Below, one piece after another: positions 48,247 to 59,894 of a stretch of DNA of 64,000 nucleotides. Each line of letters begins with the position of its first letter. Positions within the stretch are counted from its first letter, which is position 1. The stretch spans positions 160,001-224,000 of the forward strand of contig BK006944.2 of the NCBI GenBank assembly GCA_000146045.2, given 5' to 3'. The DNA comes from TPA_inf: Saccharomyces. Taxonomy: Eukaryota. Under the pieces are notes generated by a model. It worked only from the letters and a program-made list of their open reading frames with translations. It searched no databases and was not told where the DNA came from. The translations under genes were made by a program, and so were the position numbers.

Positions 48247-50130
48247 ATGATGGCTTTTGAGAATACAAGTAAACGACCACCCCAGGACTTTGTAGCTCCT
48301 ATAGATCAAAAAAAAAGGAAGGTCCAGTTTTCCGATAGTACTGGCCTGGTAACCCTTCAACCAGAGGAGATAAAAGATGAAGTGTTTTCAGCGGCCATGT
48401 ATAGCAGGTTCGTGAAATCTGCCCTAGATGATCTGGATAAGAATGATTCAACCCAGATCGGCATAATTGCCAATCAAGTAGCGCTTCCGAGCAAGAATCC
48501 TGAAAGAATTAATGATAAGAATCTCAATATTCTTTTGGATATCTTATCTAGTAATATCAACAGGATAGAATCCTCCAGGGGAACTTTCCTCATACAATCT
48601 ATCATAAACTTTGAGAAGTGGTGGGAATTGCCTCCACACACTCTAAGTAAATATATATATTTCATCAAAATCCTTTGCTCGAGTATACCCAAATGGTGGC
48701 AAGACGTTTCGATGATACTGGTATCTTGTTTTATTTTACCAATCAAACAGACAGTGTGTCATCATGATATGCTTAAATATTTCTTAAGGATGATTCCCTC
48801 CTCGATGGGATTCATAGATACATATTTGGCCAAATTTTTCCCAAATAAAAATGATACTCGGAGAAAGTTGGTTAATTACACTTCAAATTTGCTGAAATTG
48901 AGAGGCTACTGCTCTGAGCTAGGATTCCAAATTTGGTCCTTACTGATAGAAAAGATTATTTCGATTGATGTCGAGTTACAAAATGAATTAGATGAATTAG
49001 ATGATGATGTAGATGACGATGATCTAGAGGAAGTTGATCTAGAGGATGACGACGATTTAGATGATGATTCAGGAGACGATGATGATGAAAATTGTGGGAA
49101 CAGTAATGAAGAGTTAAGGTCTGGAGCAGCCGACGGTAGTCAAAGTGATAGTGAAGATATGGACATCATTGAAGGTATGGACGGTACTGAAGAATATAAT
49201 GTGGAGTTGACGCAGGGAATCAAAGAACTTTCCACCAAATTGGACTCTATCTTAACTTTGGTAAGCACGCATGTGGAAGAGCAAGTGACGCCGGAGAGTT
49301 TAGAAAGCGGTGAAGGCGTAGGAGTCTTCAACACTCTAACAACATTATTTAAAACGCATGTTCTACCCACGTACTATACCAGGTCGATTCAATATATCAT
49401 GTTCCATGTTTCACAACAACAATTAGAACTAATGGATTCATTTTTAGTGACACTGATAGATATTTCGTTTGCCGTCAACGAAGCAGCAGAGAAGAAAATT
49501 AAGTCATTACAATATTTGGGGTCGTACATTGCGAGGGCCAAGAAACTATCCAGAACTCAAATTATTTTCGTTGCAAGCTATTTAACGTCCTGGTTGAATA
49601 GATACGTTATCGAAAGAGAAGAAGAAGTTGATCAACGTGGAGGTATGGAAAGGTTTAAACATTTCTATGCAGCATTTCAAGCACTTTGTTACATTTTCTG
49701 TTTCAGACATAACATCTTCAGAGATACAGATGGTAACTGGGAGTGTGAACTGGACAAATTCTTTCAAAGAATGGTCATTTCAAAATTTAACCCATTAAAG
49801 TTTTGTAATGAAAATGTCATGTTGATGTTTGCTCGTATTGCCCAACAAGAAAGCGTCGCGTACTGTTTCAGCATAATTGAAAATAACAACAATGAAAGAT
49901 TGAGGGGAATCATCGGCAAAGCTGATAGCGACAAGAAGGAAAATTCCGCACAAGCAAATACCACATCGTCTTCTTGGTCTTTAGCCACTCGACAACAATT
50001 TATTGACTTACAGAGTTACTTCCCATATGATCCTTTGTTTCTGAAAAACTATAAAATTTTAATGAAGGAATACTACATAGAGTGGAGTGAAGCAAGCGGG
50101 GAATATGAAAGTGATGGGTCGGATGACTAA
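48247..50130 (+). CDS. RRN3: RNA polymerase I transcription initiation factor
   Basis: 627 aa from the ATG at 48247 (MMAFENTSKRPPQDFVAPIDQKK...). Internal acidic D/E block. Matches YKL125W. The listed ORF start at 48223 is a TTG. Confidence 0.93.
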   Translation: MMAFENTSKRPPQDFVAPIDQKKRKVQFSDSTGLVTLQPEEIKDEVFSAAMYSRFVKSALDDLDKNDSTQIGIIANQVALPSKNPERINDKNLNILLDILSSNINRIESSRGTFLIQSIINFEKWWELPPHTLSKYIYFIKILCSSIPKWWQDVSMILVSCFILPIKQTVCHHDMLKYFLRMIPSSMGFIDTYLAKFFPNKNDTRRKLVNYTSNLLKLRGYCSELGFQIWSLLIEKIISIDVELQNELDELDDDVDDDDLEEVDLEDDDDLDDDSGDDDDENCGNSNEELRSGAADGSQSDSEDMDIIEGMDGTEEYNVELTQGIKELSTKLDSILTLVSTHVEEQVTPESLESGEGVGVFNTLTTLFKTHVLPTYYTRSIQYIMFHVSQQQLELMDSFLVTLIDISFAVNEAAEKKIKSLQYLGSYIARAKKLSRTQIIFVASYLTSWLNRYVIEREEEVDQRGGMERFKHFYAAFQALCYIFCFRHNIFRDTDGNWECELDKFFQRMVISKFNPLKFCNENVMLMFARIAQQESVAYCFSIIENNNNERLRGIIGKADSDKKENSAQANTTSSSWSLATRQQFIDLQSYFPYDPLFLKNYKILMKEYYIEWSEASGEYESDGSDD

Positions 50131-50592
50131 GGTCTTTTTTCATAGGTATCTTCGAGACATGCCCGTCACAAACTAATGATACACTGTAGTCACCCCATTA
50201 ATAGTTGAAATGAGGATATATAGCATAAATGCATTTAACACATTTTTTAGATTTCTAGATACTATAGAAACTTAGTATTTTTATTTTCCACAGTGTACTC
50301 TTCACGATATTTTGCATTTTAGAACGCTTGTTTGTTCTCGTCACTTACTACGTGCGCGCTTTACATTCGCAGGTCTACTTATTAAAGAGTTTCTGTGGGG
50401 AGGGGTTCCTGAGTCAAAATCTCAGCTATCCGAACAGCTTGTACTTAGATTACTTGGCACATATTTATATTCAGTAAAGTCAATAGTGGGTATTATTAAT
50501 CGAAATAAACAGAACAAGCAGTAATAGCTCTTTTTTCATCTATTTTATTTGTAACTAGGAAGAAGAAAAAAACTTGAAGGTATACAAGAGCA

Positions 50593-52332
50593 ATGTATGT
50601 CACTTTTAATGAGGCTTTGGATAGTTCTTTTGGTAATCTAGAGAGTCCGAATCATGACTTCAAAGTAGGTGACCCTAACATGGTACCAACTCCCCCTATG
50701 GATTCAGATTCTGCAGCAATTAGTTTGGCTTTCTTAATAAGTCTTTCTATTACGTTTGCAATATTAATGCTCATCTTGGTAGTAATAGCGGCATATGTCA
50801 CCTTTTGTGGTGATGATGAATCAGAATACGACGAAGAGAACGCCTTAGGTACACGAACTTCAGGAACTCTGCACTCTTTGTTTGGTAAAAAACATAGTGG
50901 CATCTTGTTGGATTCGAGTTTTGCATCCCCTGGCGGGTTTGATGATGAGATCGTTCTTCAGGAAAGAGAACTTGAAGAATTACCAAAGATGTCAGCGTAC
51001 GAGGTTGAGTTGTATATAAGAGCGAAAGAGTTTCAAATGATGAGCCCGCCAATGGTGAAGGACTTTGGCACGTATTTGGACAGTGACGACCAGCAGTTTA
51101 TTAAGGATCGTGGCATTCAAAGCTATTTTTTGCTACCAAGCATTAATGATAATATAGACGAATATGGAAACTTTCTACCCAGTTTTATTGTCCAGGATAA
51201 ACTAGATATTCAATTTTCAAAGTTCAATAAGAGCTCATCCACTGTAATGAACTATCCCCTACCTCACAATAGGAAGGACGCAGTGTATTTCGAAGTTAAA
51301 ATTTTCAGACATATTCAAAAGTCCAATAGTATATTCAGTATAGGTTTGACTACTGTACCATATCCTTATTTCAGGGTACCGGGCATGGCCAAATACTCCA
51401 TTGCATACGAATCCACAGGTAAACTGAGGATAAATAACCCCTTCACTGCCAGCACATTATTACCAAAATTGGAAGAAGGTGACACGGTAGGATTCGGTTA
51501 CAGATATAAAACAGGTACAATCTTCATTACACATAATGGGAAAAAATTAATGGATGTAACACAAAATATTGGCATTGATCTTTTCATTGGAATTGGCGCG
51601 TTTAATGCCGCATATACAAGAACATATACGAGGGATGGTCTATTGGAAGACCCGGATAATGTTAGCTTCCGTGAAGCTCTCTCTGAAGGCAAAGATATTG
51701 AAGTCGCCAAAGATCTTCAAAGAGTTCACGATCCACATGATGAAAGTGATGAAATGACGTCAGATGAGGTTGAATTACATGTTAATTTGGGCCAAGTTGG
51801 GTTCGTCTTTATAGAAGCCAATGTGAAAAAATATGCGTTTGGGAGTGTTTATGGCCAAATTGGAATTCCTCCTGCGTATAATGGAACCGAGATCAAGAAG
51901 GATACTATTTTACAGAAAGGAGAAGAATTGCCACCAAGATATGCTGACACTGATAATTTCTTTGGTAGTATGAAGGTAAAAGAAGGGTCATCCTCTAGGA
52001 TAACGGCGCAAACTAGTAAGCCCCTGTGGTCTGTTGGGACGTATGAAAGAATCTCTTCTAACTTTGACAGAGAAAATAATGTTTACCACGACAGTCTTGA
52101 AACCGACGATAACAACACCGATAACAATGTTAATAACAACGATGAGAACGCTGGTTGCAATGAAAATTCGCCATTATTGGAAGATGATGGCAATAAAAGA
52201 CCGGAAAATTCAAATACCCCCCGTGAAGTATCAGATGGAGCTATCAATAAGAACCCTAGAAATAAATCTACTAAAAAACGTCAAAGAAACAGAGGCAAAT
52301 CTTCTAAAAAGAAGAACAGATCGAGAAAATAA
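50593..52332 (+). CDS. SSH4: SPRY-domain type II membrane protein (endosomal sorting / Rsp5 adaptor-like)
   Basis: 579 aa with an N-terminal TM (ISLAFLISLSITFAILMLILVVIAAYV), a SPRY domain and an N-rich, basic C-terminal tail. Matches YKL124W. Confidence 0.93.
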   Translation: MYVTFNEALDSSFGNLESPNHDFKVGDPNMVPTPPMDSDSAAISLAFLISLSITFAILMLILVVIAAYVTFCGDDESEYDEENALGTRTSGTLHSLFGKKHSGILLDSSFASPGGFDDEIVLQERELEELPKMSAYEVELYIRAKEFQMMSPPMVKDFGTYLDSDDQQFIKDRGIQSYFLLPSINDNIDEYGNFLPSFIVQDKLDIQFSKFNKSSSTVMNYPLPHNRKDAVYFEVKIFRHIQKSNSIFSIGLTTVPYPYFRVPGMAKYSIAYESTGKLRINNPFTASTLLPKLEEGDTVGFGYRYKTGTIFITHNGKKLMDVTQNIGIDLFIGIGAFNAAYTRTYTRDGLLEDPDNVSFREALSEGKDIEVAKDLQRVHDPHDESDEMTSDEVELHVNLGQVGFVFIEANVKKYAFGSVYGQIGIPPAYNGTEIKKDTILQKGEELPPRYADTDNFFGSMKVKEGSSSRITAQTSKPLWSVGTYERISSNFDRENNVYHDSLETDDNNTDNNVNNNDENAGCNENSPLLEDDGNKRPENSNTPREVSDGAINKNPRNKSTKKRQRNRGKSSKKKNRSRK

Positions 52333-52494
52333 GAGACATTATGAATTTGGTTTTTTTTACAATTTACGCATACACAATATATACATTCCTACTAGCTTTT
52401 TTTTCTTCAATTCGATAGTTTAGATGGGTTTATATCTAAATATATATATATAGTATTTTATTTCATATTCAATCTCCTAGTATACATGAAATAT

Positions 52495-52998
52495 TTAACG
52501 CTTTTTTTTGCCCTTGTTTTTATTTTTTTTCTTTTTTGAAGCTGCAGAGTTACCATTGTTATTTTGCACAGCATTAGCTTTTTGCTTCGGTTCTGTAGCA
52601 GTTTTCTTAGCCGCAGGATCGCTCTTTTCGACATCTGTGTTGACAATTAAGGTGGCTAAACCAACAATGTCTTGGATGCTCTTACCTTTTATTTTTTTAC
52701 TCGATTCTTTTATTTTGTTATTTTTCTTCTTCGACTGTGCTATTTTTTCAATTTTACCTGGAGTTATAGATACGCCTCGTGGGCCTAATGCACTAAGTAA
52801 TCTTGAAACATCTTTACTCTTATTAGTAGTAAATTTATAGTTCAAGGATAAATGCGAGTTATGAGTTCTAAAGGACACTTTGGTGTCTGTCTTCTGTGTT
52901 GGTGGTTTATACGATATGGAGAAGAGCGTTTGAGATGGATTCACCTCAAAAAGGCGAACACTGTTCGTGATGTAGTTGTCAATGGGTTTCACAGACAT
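52495..52998 (-). CDS. SRP21: Signal recognition particle subunit (SRP21)
   Basis: 167 aa from the ATG at 52996-52998 (MSVKPIDNYITNSVRLFEVNPSQ...), with a very lysine-rich C-terminus. Matches YKL122C. The listed ORF start at 53076 is not an ATG. Confidence 0.88.
   Translation of the reverse strand: MSVKPIDNYITNSVRLFEVNPSQTLFSISYKPPTQKTDTKVSFRTHNSHLSLNYKFTTNKSKDVSRLLSALGPRGVSITPGKIEKIAQSKKKNNKIKESSKKIKGKSIQDIVGLATLIVNTDVEKSDPAAKKTATEPKQKANAVQNNNGNSAASKKKKNKNKGKKKR
52508..52840 (+). other. Dubious ORF antisense to SRP21 (YKL123W-like)
   Basis: F/L-rich translation opposite a conserved gene. Confidence 0.1.
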
Positions 52999-54141
52999 GT
53001 TTTCCAGTTCAATTAGGTCTGTTAATTTGCTCGCGGAGGGAAGCTCTTTTATTTGGGTCAATCGAAGACAGCACAATTGAAACTTTTAGCATTGTTCTCG
53101 CGAAAATAGTCAGTTCTTAACTTTTCAAGAGTGGTGCGGCTTACCCTGCCTTCTGCCATAAGTAAAAAGTGACGCAAATAGCGGAACTATTGTCATTGTT
53201 ATTGACATTAATAATCTGTATTTGTGCTCATCCGGTTCCATTTACTAGTATGCAGACGTATCTTTTTCAGCTGGACGAATTGAGGCTTTCATTAGCTAGT
53301 GTGGTAATGACAAACTCTTTGCACTGAGAAAATACTGGGGTGAGGAAACTTTTCTACCGAATTGCTTCCACATCTATCAAAGCATGATTATCAAGTATTC
53401 AAAGATCAAAGCATGATGTTTGCAAATAATAAATGTTCAGGCGTCATTTAATGTTGATAATGGTGTACGGGAAGTGACTTGTAAAAGGTAGGGGAAACCG
53501 TCAGTCTATCACTAGTGGTGTATCTGATGGAAGTGCCCTTTTATATTTTTTGCCGTACACAGGTAAAGAAATGAAAGTACTAATTATCCCCCATACTCTT
53601 TGTTTCTCTTGTGTTGTTTATGATCAATCCTTCTAATTTAATCATTCAATAACTAAATATTTAAAAAGATGTAATTGCCGCAAAAAAAACTCTCAATTAT
53701 TTACTATTTTGAAACAGTCTCTCAGATAGTATGCGCCATATTGGTGTGATGATTCCTGTGAAAGCATTTTTGGGTTTGTTTAGGTGCCTTCTTTTCTTTA
53801 TTTAGCATAACCGCCAATACGGAATGAAAAGTCCGTTTTAATGTACCGCTAATAATTCAAAATGCGTAAAAGAGTTTTCATAAAAAGGGTATTTGCGTCA
53901 AGCAGGAAGAAATTTTGAAAACAACTAACAGGCAACTTACAGGCATATACTGACTTTAGTAAACGTCTTCCGCTATTCTAAGAAGGAGCTGACTTGAACA
54001 AGATCTTTATTTTAACGGTGCGACAAAAACAAGGAAAGTTTACAAGCGCTAGCCGTCGAAGACGTCAATTGCACTATTACTCAGTACCGTTTTAATCCTT
54101 ACCAACGTAGAATTACTATTTGTGCAGTAGGAGCCTGTGAA

Positions 54142-56700
54142 ATGTTCAAGTCGAAAACAAGCACTTTAAGCTATGATGAAACCCCGAACTCCAACGAGGG
54201 TGATCGCAATGCAACCCCTGTAAATCCCAAAGAAAAGAGCCAAACGAAACATTTGAACATACCAGGCGACAGGAGCCGACATTCCTCTATTGCAGATTCA
54301 AAAAGAAGCTCTTCTAGATATGATGGAGGCTACTCTGCCGATATAATTCCTGCTCAATTAAGGTTCATTGATAATATAGACTACGGCACGAGGCTGAGAA
54401 AAACACTTCACAGAAACTCAGTGGTTTCAAATGGGTACAATAAACTCAGTGAGAATGACCGATGGTATTTCGACCTATTCGATAGGAAATATTTCGAAAA
54501 CTATCTCGAAGAACCCACATATATTAAAATATTTAAAAAAAAGGAAGGATTAGAACAGTTTGATAGAATGTTCTTAGCTCAAGAGTTGAAAATTCCCGAC
54601 GTTTACAAATCTACAACCTACCAGGGAGAACCTGCAGTTGCTAATTCAGAGCTATTCAAGAATTCAATATGCTGCTGTACGTTCAGTCATGATGGTAAGT
54701 ATATGGTTATTGGTTGTAAAGATGGCTCTTTGCATCTTTGGAAAGTCATAAACTCACCAGTTAAGAGATCCGAAATGGGACGCTCAGAAAAGTCAGTCAG
54801 TGCCTCTAGAGCAAACTCACTAAAGATTCAAAGACATTTGGCGAGCATTAGTTCTCATAACGGCTCCATATCAAGTAATGATTTGAAGCCGAGCGACCAG
54901 TTTGAAGGACCTTCCAAACAATTACATTTATACGCACCGGTTTTCTATTCTGATGTGTTTAGGGTTTTTATGGAGCACGCTTTAGATATTTTGGATGCAA
55001 ACTGGTCCAAAAATGGATTTCTAATAACAGCATCAATGGACAAAACTGCAAAACTATGGCACCCTGAGAGGAAATACTCATTGAAAACTTTTGTTCACCC
55101 AGATTTTGTTACATCCGCAATATTTTTTCCCAATGATGATCGTTTCATAATTACCGGATGCTTAGATCACAGGTGTAGACTGTGGTCTATACTGGACAAT
55201 GAGGTTTCTTATGCCTTTGATTGCAAAGATTTGATAACATCCCTAACATTATCTCCTCCTGGTGGGGAATATACAATTATCGGTACATTCAATGGATACA
55301 TTTATGTTTTACTGACACATGGATTAAAATTTGTATCTTCATTCCATGTATCTGATAAAAGCACTCAAGGAACCACTAAGAATAGCTTTCATCCATCTTC
55401 CGAATATGGAAAGGTCCAACACGGCCCTCGAATCACGGGTTTACAATGCTTCTTTTCTAAGGTGGACAAAAATTTAAGATTGATAGTTACGACAAATGAT
55501 TCAAAAATTCAAATCTTTGATTTAAATGAAAAAAAACCTTTAGAGCTTTTTAAAGGATTCCAAAGTGGTTCCTCACGTCATAGAGGCCAATTCCTAATGA
55601 TGAAAAATGAACCTGTAGTTTTCACGGGAAGTGATGATCATTGGTTTTATACCTGGAAAATGCAGTCCTTTAATCTTTCAGCAGAAATGAATTGCACTGC
55701 TCCGCATAGAAAGAAACGGCTGAGCGGCAGTATGAGTTTAAAAGGGCTGTTGAGAATTGTATCTAATAAGAGTACGAATGATGAATGTTTGACAGAAACG
55801 TCAAACCAAAGCAGCTCACACACATTTACCAACTCATCAAAAAATGTTCTTCAAACTCAAACTGTTGGTTCTCAAGCTATCAAAAACAATCATTATATAT
55901 CATTTCATGCCCATAACTCCCCTGTCACATGTGCTTCCATTGCTCCCGACGTTGCAATTAAAAATTTGTCCTTGTCAAACGATTTGATTTTCGAACTGAC
56001 TTCACAGTACTTCAAAGAAATGGGCCAAAATTATTCAGAATCTAAGGAAACATGTGATAACAAACCTAATCACCCAGTTACAGAAACAGGAGGATTCAGC
56101 TCAAACCTATCGAACGTTGTGAATAATGTTGGAACCATTCTAATAACAACAGACAGTCAAGGTCTAATCCGTGTTTTCAGAACTGATATCTTACCGGAAA
56201 TACGAAAAAAAATAATAGAAAAGTTCCATGAATACAATTTATTCCACCTCGAAGCTGCTGGTAAAATCAACAACCACAACAATGACAGCATATTGGAAAA
56301 TAGAATGGATGAAAGAAGTTCCACAGAGGATAATGAGTTTAGCACAACCCCACCATCTAACACGCACAATAGTAGGCCAAGCCACGATTTTTGTGAGCTG
56401 CATCCTAATAATAGCCCGGTGATTTCCGGCATGCCATCAAGAGCTAGTGCTATTTTCAAGAATTCGATCTTTAATAAATCCAATGGAAGTTTTATATCCC
56501 TAAAGTCAAGAAGTGAAAGTACGAGCTCCACGGTGTTTGGACCGCATGATATTCCGAGAGTTTCTACCACTTATCCGAAGTTGAAATGTGACGTCTGCAA
56601 TGGATCTAATTTTGAATGTGCTTCCAAAAACCCCATTGCTGGCGGTGATAGCGGTTTCACGTGTGCTGATTGTGGTACAATCCTCAATAATTTCAGATAG
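54142..56700 (+). CDS. DGR2: WD40-repeat protein (2-deoxyglucose resistance family)
   Basis: 852 aa with WD repeats (LHLWKV, AKLWHP, CRLWSI). Matches YKL121W. Confidence 0.9.
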   Translation: MFKSKTSTLSYDETPNSNEGDRNATPVNPKEKSQTKHLNIPGDRSRHSSIADSKRSSSRYDGGYSADIIPAQLRFIDNIDYGTRLRKTLHRNSVVSNGYNKLSENDRWYFDLFDRKYFENYLEEPTYIKIFKKKEGLEQFDRMFLAQELKIPDVYKSTTYQGEPAVANSELFKNSICCCTFSHDGKYMVIGCKDGSLHLWKVINSPVKRSEMGRSEKSVSASRANSLKIQRHLASISSHNGSISSNDLKPSDQFEGPSKQLHLYAPVFYSDVFRVFMEHALDILDANWSKNGFLITASMDKTAKLWHPERKYSLKTFVHPDFVTSAIFFPNDDRFIITGCLDHRCRLWSILDNEVSYAFDCKDLITSLTLSPPGGEYTIIGTFNGYIYVLLTHGLKFVSSFHVSDKSTQGTTKNSFHPSSEYGKVQHGPRITGLQCFFSKVDKNLRLIVTTNDSKIQIFDLNEKKPLELFKGFQSGSSRHRGQFLMMKNEPVVFTGSDDHWFYTWKMQSFNLSAEMNCTAPHRKKRLSGSMSLKGLLRIVSNKSTNDECLTETSNQSSSHTFTNSSKNVLQTQTVGSQAIKNNHYISFHAHNSPVTCASIAPDVAIKNLSLSNDLIFELTSQYFKEMGQNYSESKETCDNKPNHPVTETGGFSSNLSNVVNNVGTILITTDSQGLIRVFRTDILPEIRKKIIEKFHEYNLFHLEAAGKINNHNNDSILENRMDERSSTEDNEFSTTPPSNTHNSRPSHDFCELHPNNSPVISGMPSRASAIFKNSIFNKSNGSFISLKSRSESTSSTVFGPHDIPRVSTTYPKLKCDVCNGSNFECASKNPIAGGDSGFTCADCGTILNNFR

Positions 56701-57343
56701 AGAATCAGAAAGTAAGAGGAAAAACTATCTGTTCCACCGTCTTTAGATCATAAGCATGTCTGCAAATAACATAGTATTATTATTTATATCTGTAGCGATC
56801 TTTATTATTTTTCATTACTGACACATTTTCTCACAGAACCATCTACAACCCGAAAGATGCCGGAAACGGTCTTAGGCCGATGGGGTCTATTAGGGCCTAC
56901 AGAGACGTCAATTGGGCTATAAGAAAAATGAAATCGAGGAAAGATTTTCCACTCTCAAATTAAGTAGGGCAAAAATATGCTTTTGTTCGCATGTGGTGTT
57001 ATTCCAGTTGCGAGTCAGGGTCTGCCGATATGCTAAAGGAGGTCACGAAAACGAATCTGGCATTTAATACCTCATTAAGTTACAGCGGAATCGGCCTTCT
57101 GTTGCGGAAAAAAAAAAAAAAAAGAAAACGAACATTAAGCACCGCTGAAATTTCAAGCTGTGACTAAGTCGTCAAATGATAAATACTGCATATATATAAA
57201 CTATGTGATTATATGCAACATTAAGATATACTTTCTTCTTCCATAATGCCCCCACTCCAGAACTCCATCCGAAATAGTTTTCCTTAGATTGCTATAGCAA
57301 GTCAGACACAAGCACATCTCATCGAATTATATCGTAAGCAAAT

Positions 57344-58318
57344 ATGTCATCTGACAACTCTAAACAAGATAAACAAATTGAAAAAACAGCCGCCCAGAAG
57401 ATATCGAAGTTTGGTTCGTTTGTGGCTGGTGGGCTAGCAGCATGTATAGCTGTTACAGTTACTAATCCGATCGAATTGATTAAAATCAGAATGCAGCTTC
57501 AAGGTGAAATGTCAGCATCAGCTGCAAAAGTTTATAAAAATCCAATCCAAGGTATGGCGGTAATTTTCAAAAACGAAGGTATAAAAGGTCTGCAAAAAGG
57601 GTTAAATGCTGCTTATATCTATCAAATTGGGCTAAATGGTTCCAGATTAGGGTTTTATGAGCCAATCAGATCATCATTAAATCAGCTTTTCTTCCCAGAT
57701 CAAGAGCCACATAAGGTACAGAGCGTCGGAGTTAACGTCTTTTCTGGTGCCGCATCTGGTATAATTGGTGCAGTCATTGGCTCTCCATTATTCTTGGTGA
57801 AAACAAGACTTCAATCATATTCCGAGTTTATAAAAATTGGTGAACAAACGCACTACACCGGTGTTTGGAACGGGTTAGTAACCATTTTTAAAACCGAAGG
57901 TGTTAAGGGTCTATTCAGAGGTATTGATGCGGCAATTTTAAGGACAGGTGCTGGTTCCTCTGTTCAACTACCTATCTACAACACAGCAAAGAACATTTTG
58001 GTCAAAAATGATCTGATGAAAGATGGCCCAGCATTACATTTAACTGCTAGTACTATCTCTGGGTTAGGTGTTGCCGTCGTTATGAACCCATGGGATGTCA
58101 TTTTGACAAGAATCTATAATCAAAAAGGTGACTTGTACAAGGGACCTATAGATTGTTTGGTCAAAACTGTTAGAATCGAAGGTGTAACCGCTTTGTATAA
58201 GGGTTTTGCAGCTCAAGTGTTCAGAATCGCACCTCATACAATCATGTGTTTGACCTTCATGGAACAGACAATGAAACTAGTTTATTCGATAGAGTCGAGA
58301 GTTTTAGGCCATAATTAA
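57344..58318 (+). CDS. OAC1: Mitochondrial inner-membrane oxaloacetate/sulfate carrier (SLC25 family)
   Basis: 324 aa with the three-fold mitochondrial-carrier repeat structure. Matches YKL120W. Confidence 0.95.
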   Translation: MSSDNSKQDKQIEKTAAQKISKFGSFVAGGLAACIAVTVTNPIELIKIRMQLQGEMSASAAKVYKNPIQGMAVIFKNEGIKGLQKGLNAAYIYQIGLNGSRLGFYEPIRSSLNQLFFPDQEPHKVQSVGVNVFSGAASGIIGAVIGSPLFLVKTRLQSYSEFIKIGEQTHYTGVWNGLVTIFKTEGVKGLFRGIDAAILRTGAGSSVQLPIYNTAKNILVKNDLMKDGPALHLTASTISGLGVAVVMNPWDVILTRIYNQKGDLYKGPIDCLVKTVRIEGVTALYKGFAAQVFRIAPHTIMCLTFMEQTMKLVYSIESRVLGHN

Positions 58319-58569
58319 TTCCCATAACAAACTCCGAGGTTTGAAGTTTCATTCATTGGCCAGGACAGTTCTACTTTACTAATGGTTTCATTACAACCTT
58401 TTTCTTCATATTATGTAGCATTAAGGATAATAGAGCATTTTTTATTTCACATTCATACACGATAGTTTTATAAACGTAATTATAAACATACAGAACATTA
58501 TTCACAATTGTCCAGTTCCAAGAATTATATGCTCTCGGATCTCGGAGTTCTTATTTATAAAATGATCAG

Positions 58570-59217
58570 TTACAGTGTAATCTTGCTTAGAACTTTCTTT
58601 TTCTCAACCTTTGTTTTTTCTTTTACTTTTGCTTCTTCGAGTTTTTTCAGATAGCTGTTATACACAACCACATCTGCTACTAAGACCAATATTCCAAAGA
58701 ACAAGCACAACAAAAGACGAACATGGACCGGAAAGTTTGTTGAAGATCCGGTCCAGTACCAAATGGCCACAACAACCGATATGACACTTACAAGAACGTT
58801 GAAAACAGTGGTAACTTGTTCCTTAATCTGTTTATTAATTTGTGAAGGCGTGAGTTCATCGTCTTCTTGAAGTGAAAAGACAGACTTGCTTCTCTTGACC
58901 ATACTTTGATATTCAAGTTCTTGTTCCTGATATTTCAAAAACTCTAATTTTTTCTTGAAATCCTCTGAATAGTGTAAACCTCTGACGGCCTTGGGCTTGA
59001 ATTCGAACTCCAAAGGTTTCAAAAGTTCTTTGATAGAGCATTGGAGATCACTGTCTTTTCTATACTCTTTCACATAAAAAAGAAGTGACTGCATAGGTAT
59101 TGCGTGTCGCTTCAGGAACAAATCAATGTCCTCATCAATTCCTTCGTTTGATTTCGCGCTATTCTTGAACTTTCGCAGAAATTCAGTTATTCTATCATTC
59201 AGTTTAATTTCGAACAT
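58570..59217 (-). CDS. VPH2: ER membrane V-ATPase assembly factor (Vma12)
   Basis: 215 aa from the ATG at 59215-59217 (MFEIKLNDRITEFLRKF...), with two C-terminal TM segments. Matches YKL119C. The listed ORF start at 59241 is a TTG. Confidence 0.9.
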   Translation of the reverse strand: MFEIKLNDRITEFLRKFKNSAKSNEGIDEDIDLFLKRHAIPMQSLLFYVKEYRKDSDLQCSIKELLKPLEFEFKPKAVRGLHYSEDFKKKLEFLKYQEQELEYQSMVKRSKSVFSLQEDDELTPSQINKQIKEQVTTVFNVLVSVISVVVAIWYWTGSSTNFPVHVRLLLCLFFGILVLVADVVVYNSYLKKLEEAKVKEKTKVEKKKVLSKITL

Positions 59218-59437
59218 TAGAGTTCTTTTATGTGATGCCAATCGTCAATTATCCTATCTTACCTTTTCTTCATTTCTTTCAGCGTTTTCATGTGAGATTT
59301 GCTTTATTTTCGCTTCCTCGTTTCTCATTTTAAATATTCACACGTCCGTCATGTCTACTTTGAGTCAGTTAAATACACAAGATTTTTGTAAAACTGAGTA
59401 TTTCGTGAACAATATAATTGTTCGGATTCAATCATAG
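59126..59437 (+). other. Dubious ORF overlapping the VPH2 5' end (YKL118W-like)
   Basis: No recognisable domain. Antisense overlap. Confidence 0.1.
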
Positions 59438-59894
59438 TTAAAGACTATAGTATGAGATACACAGAATATCCTAAAAGTTCCCCTCGAGGGTATAGGAAAC
59501 CTCAAAATGGAATCGGTCTTTCTACATGATAATATTACTCTAACTTCTTTTCTTCTATACTTTGCCATTCATTACCCTATCACGTTATCAATCCTTGCAT
59601 TTCAGCTTCCATTAAGACCGATAACTGTTTCCCAATCTCTATGTCATCATCTTACACCGCTGTGATAATATTCTAGGAAGACGAATACTAGCCAATAGAT
59701 GATACAAGGATTTCATTTCGACAGAAACAAAAAAAGCATGGAAAAACGAATGGAGACAAAGAGGAAGTTAAAGAAAGTTCATTTGTGACCTCATTTACTC
59801 AGAAGAATTTCGTAAATCGGTTGTTATAGAACTGTTTTATTGTTTAAAAGAGCTTGTTATAGTAATCTAAGTGGAAATACACTAACAGTAAATA

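Noticed and set aside
53560-53720. AT-rich stretch scanned for an ARS consensus sequence (WTTTAYRTTTW)
   Set aside because: No 11/11 match found by eye. Near matches (TGTTTATGATC, AAATATTTAAA) fail at core positions, so I cannot support an origin call from sequence alone.
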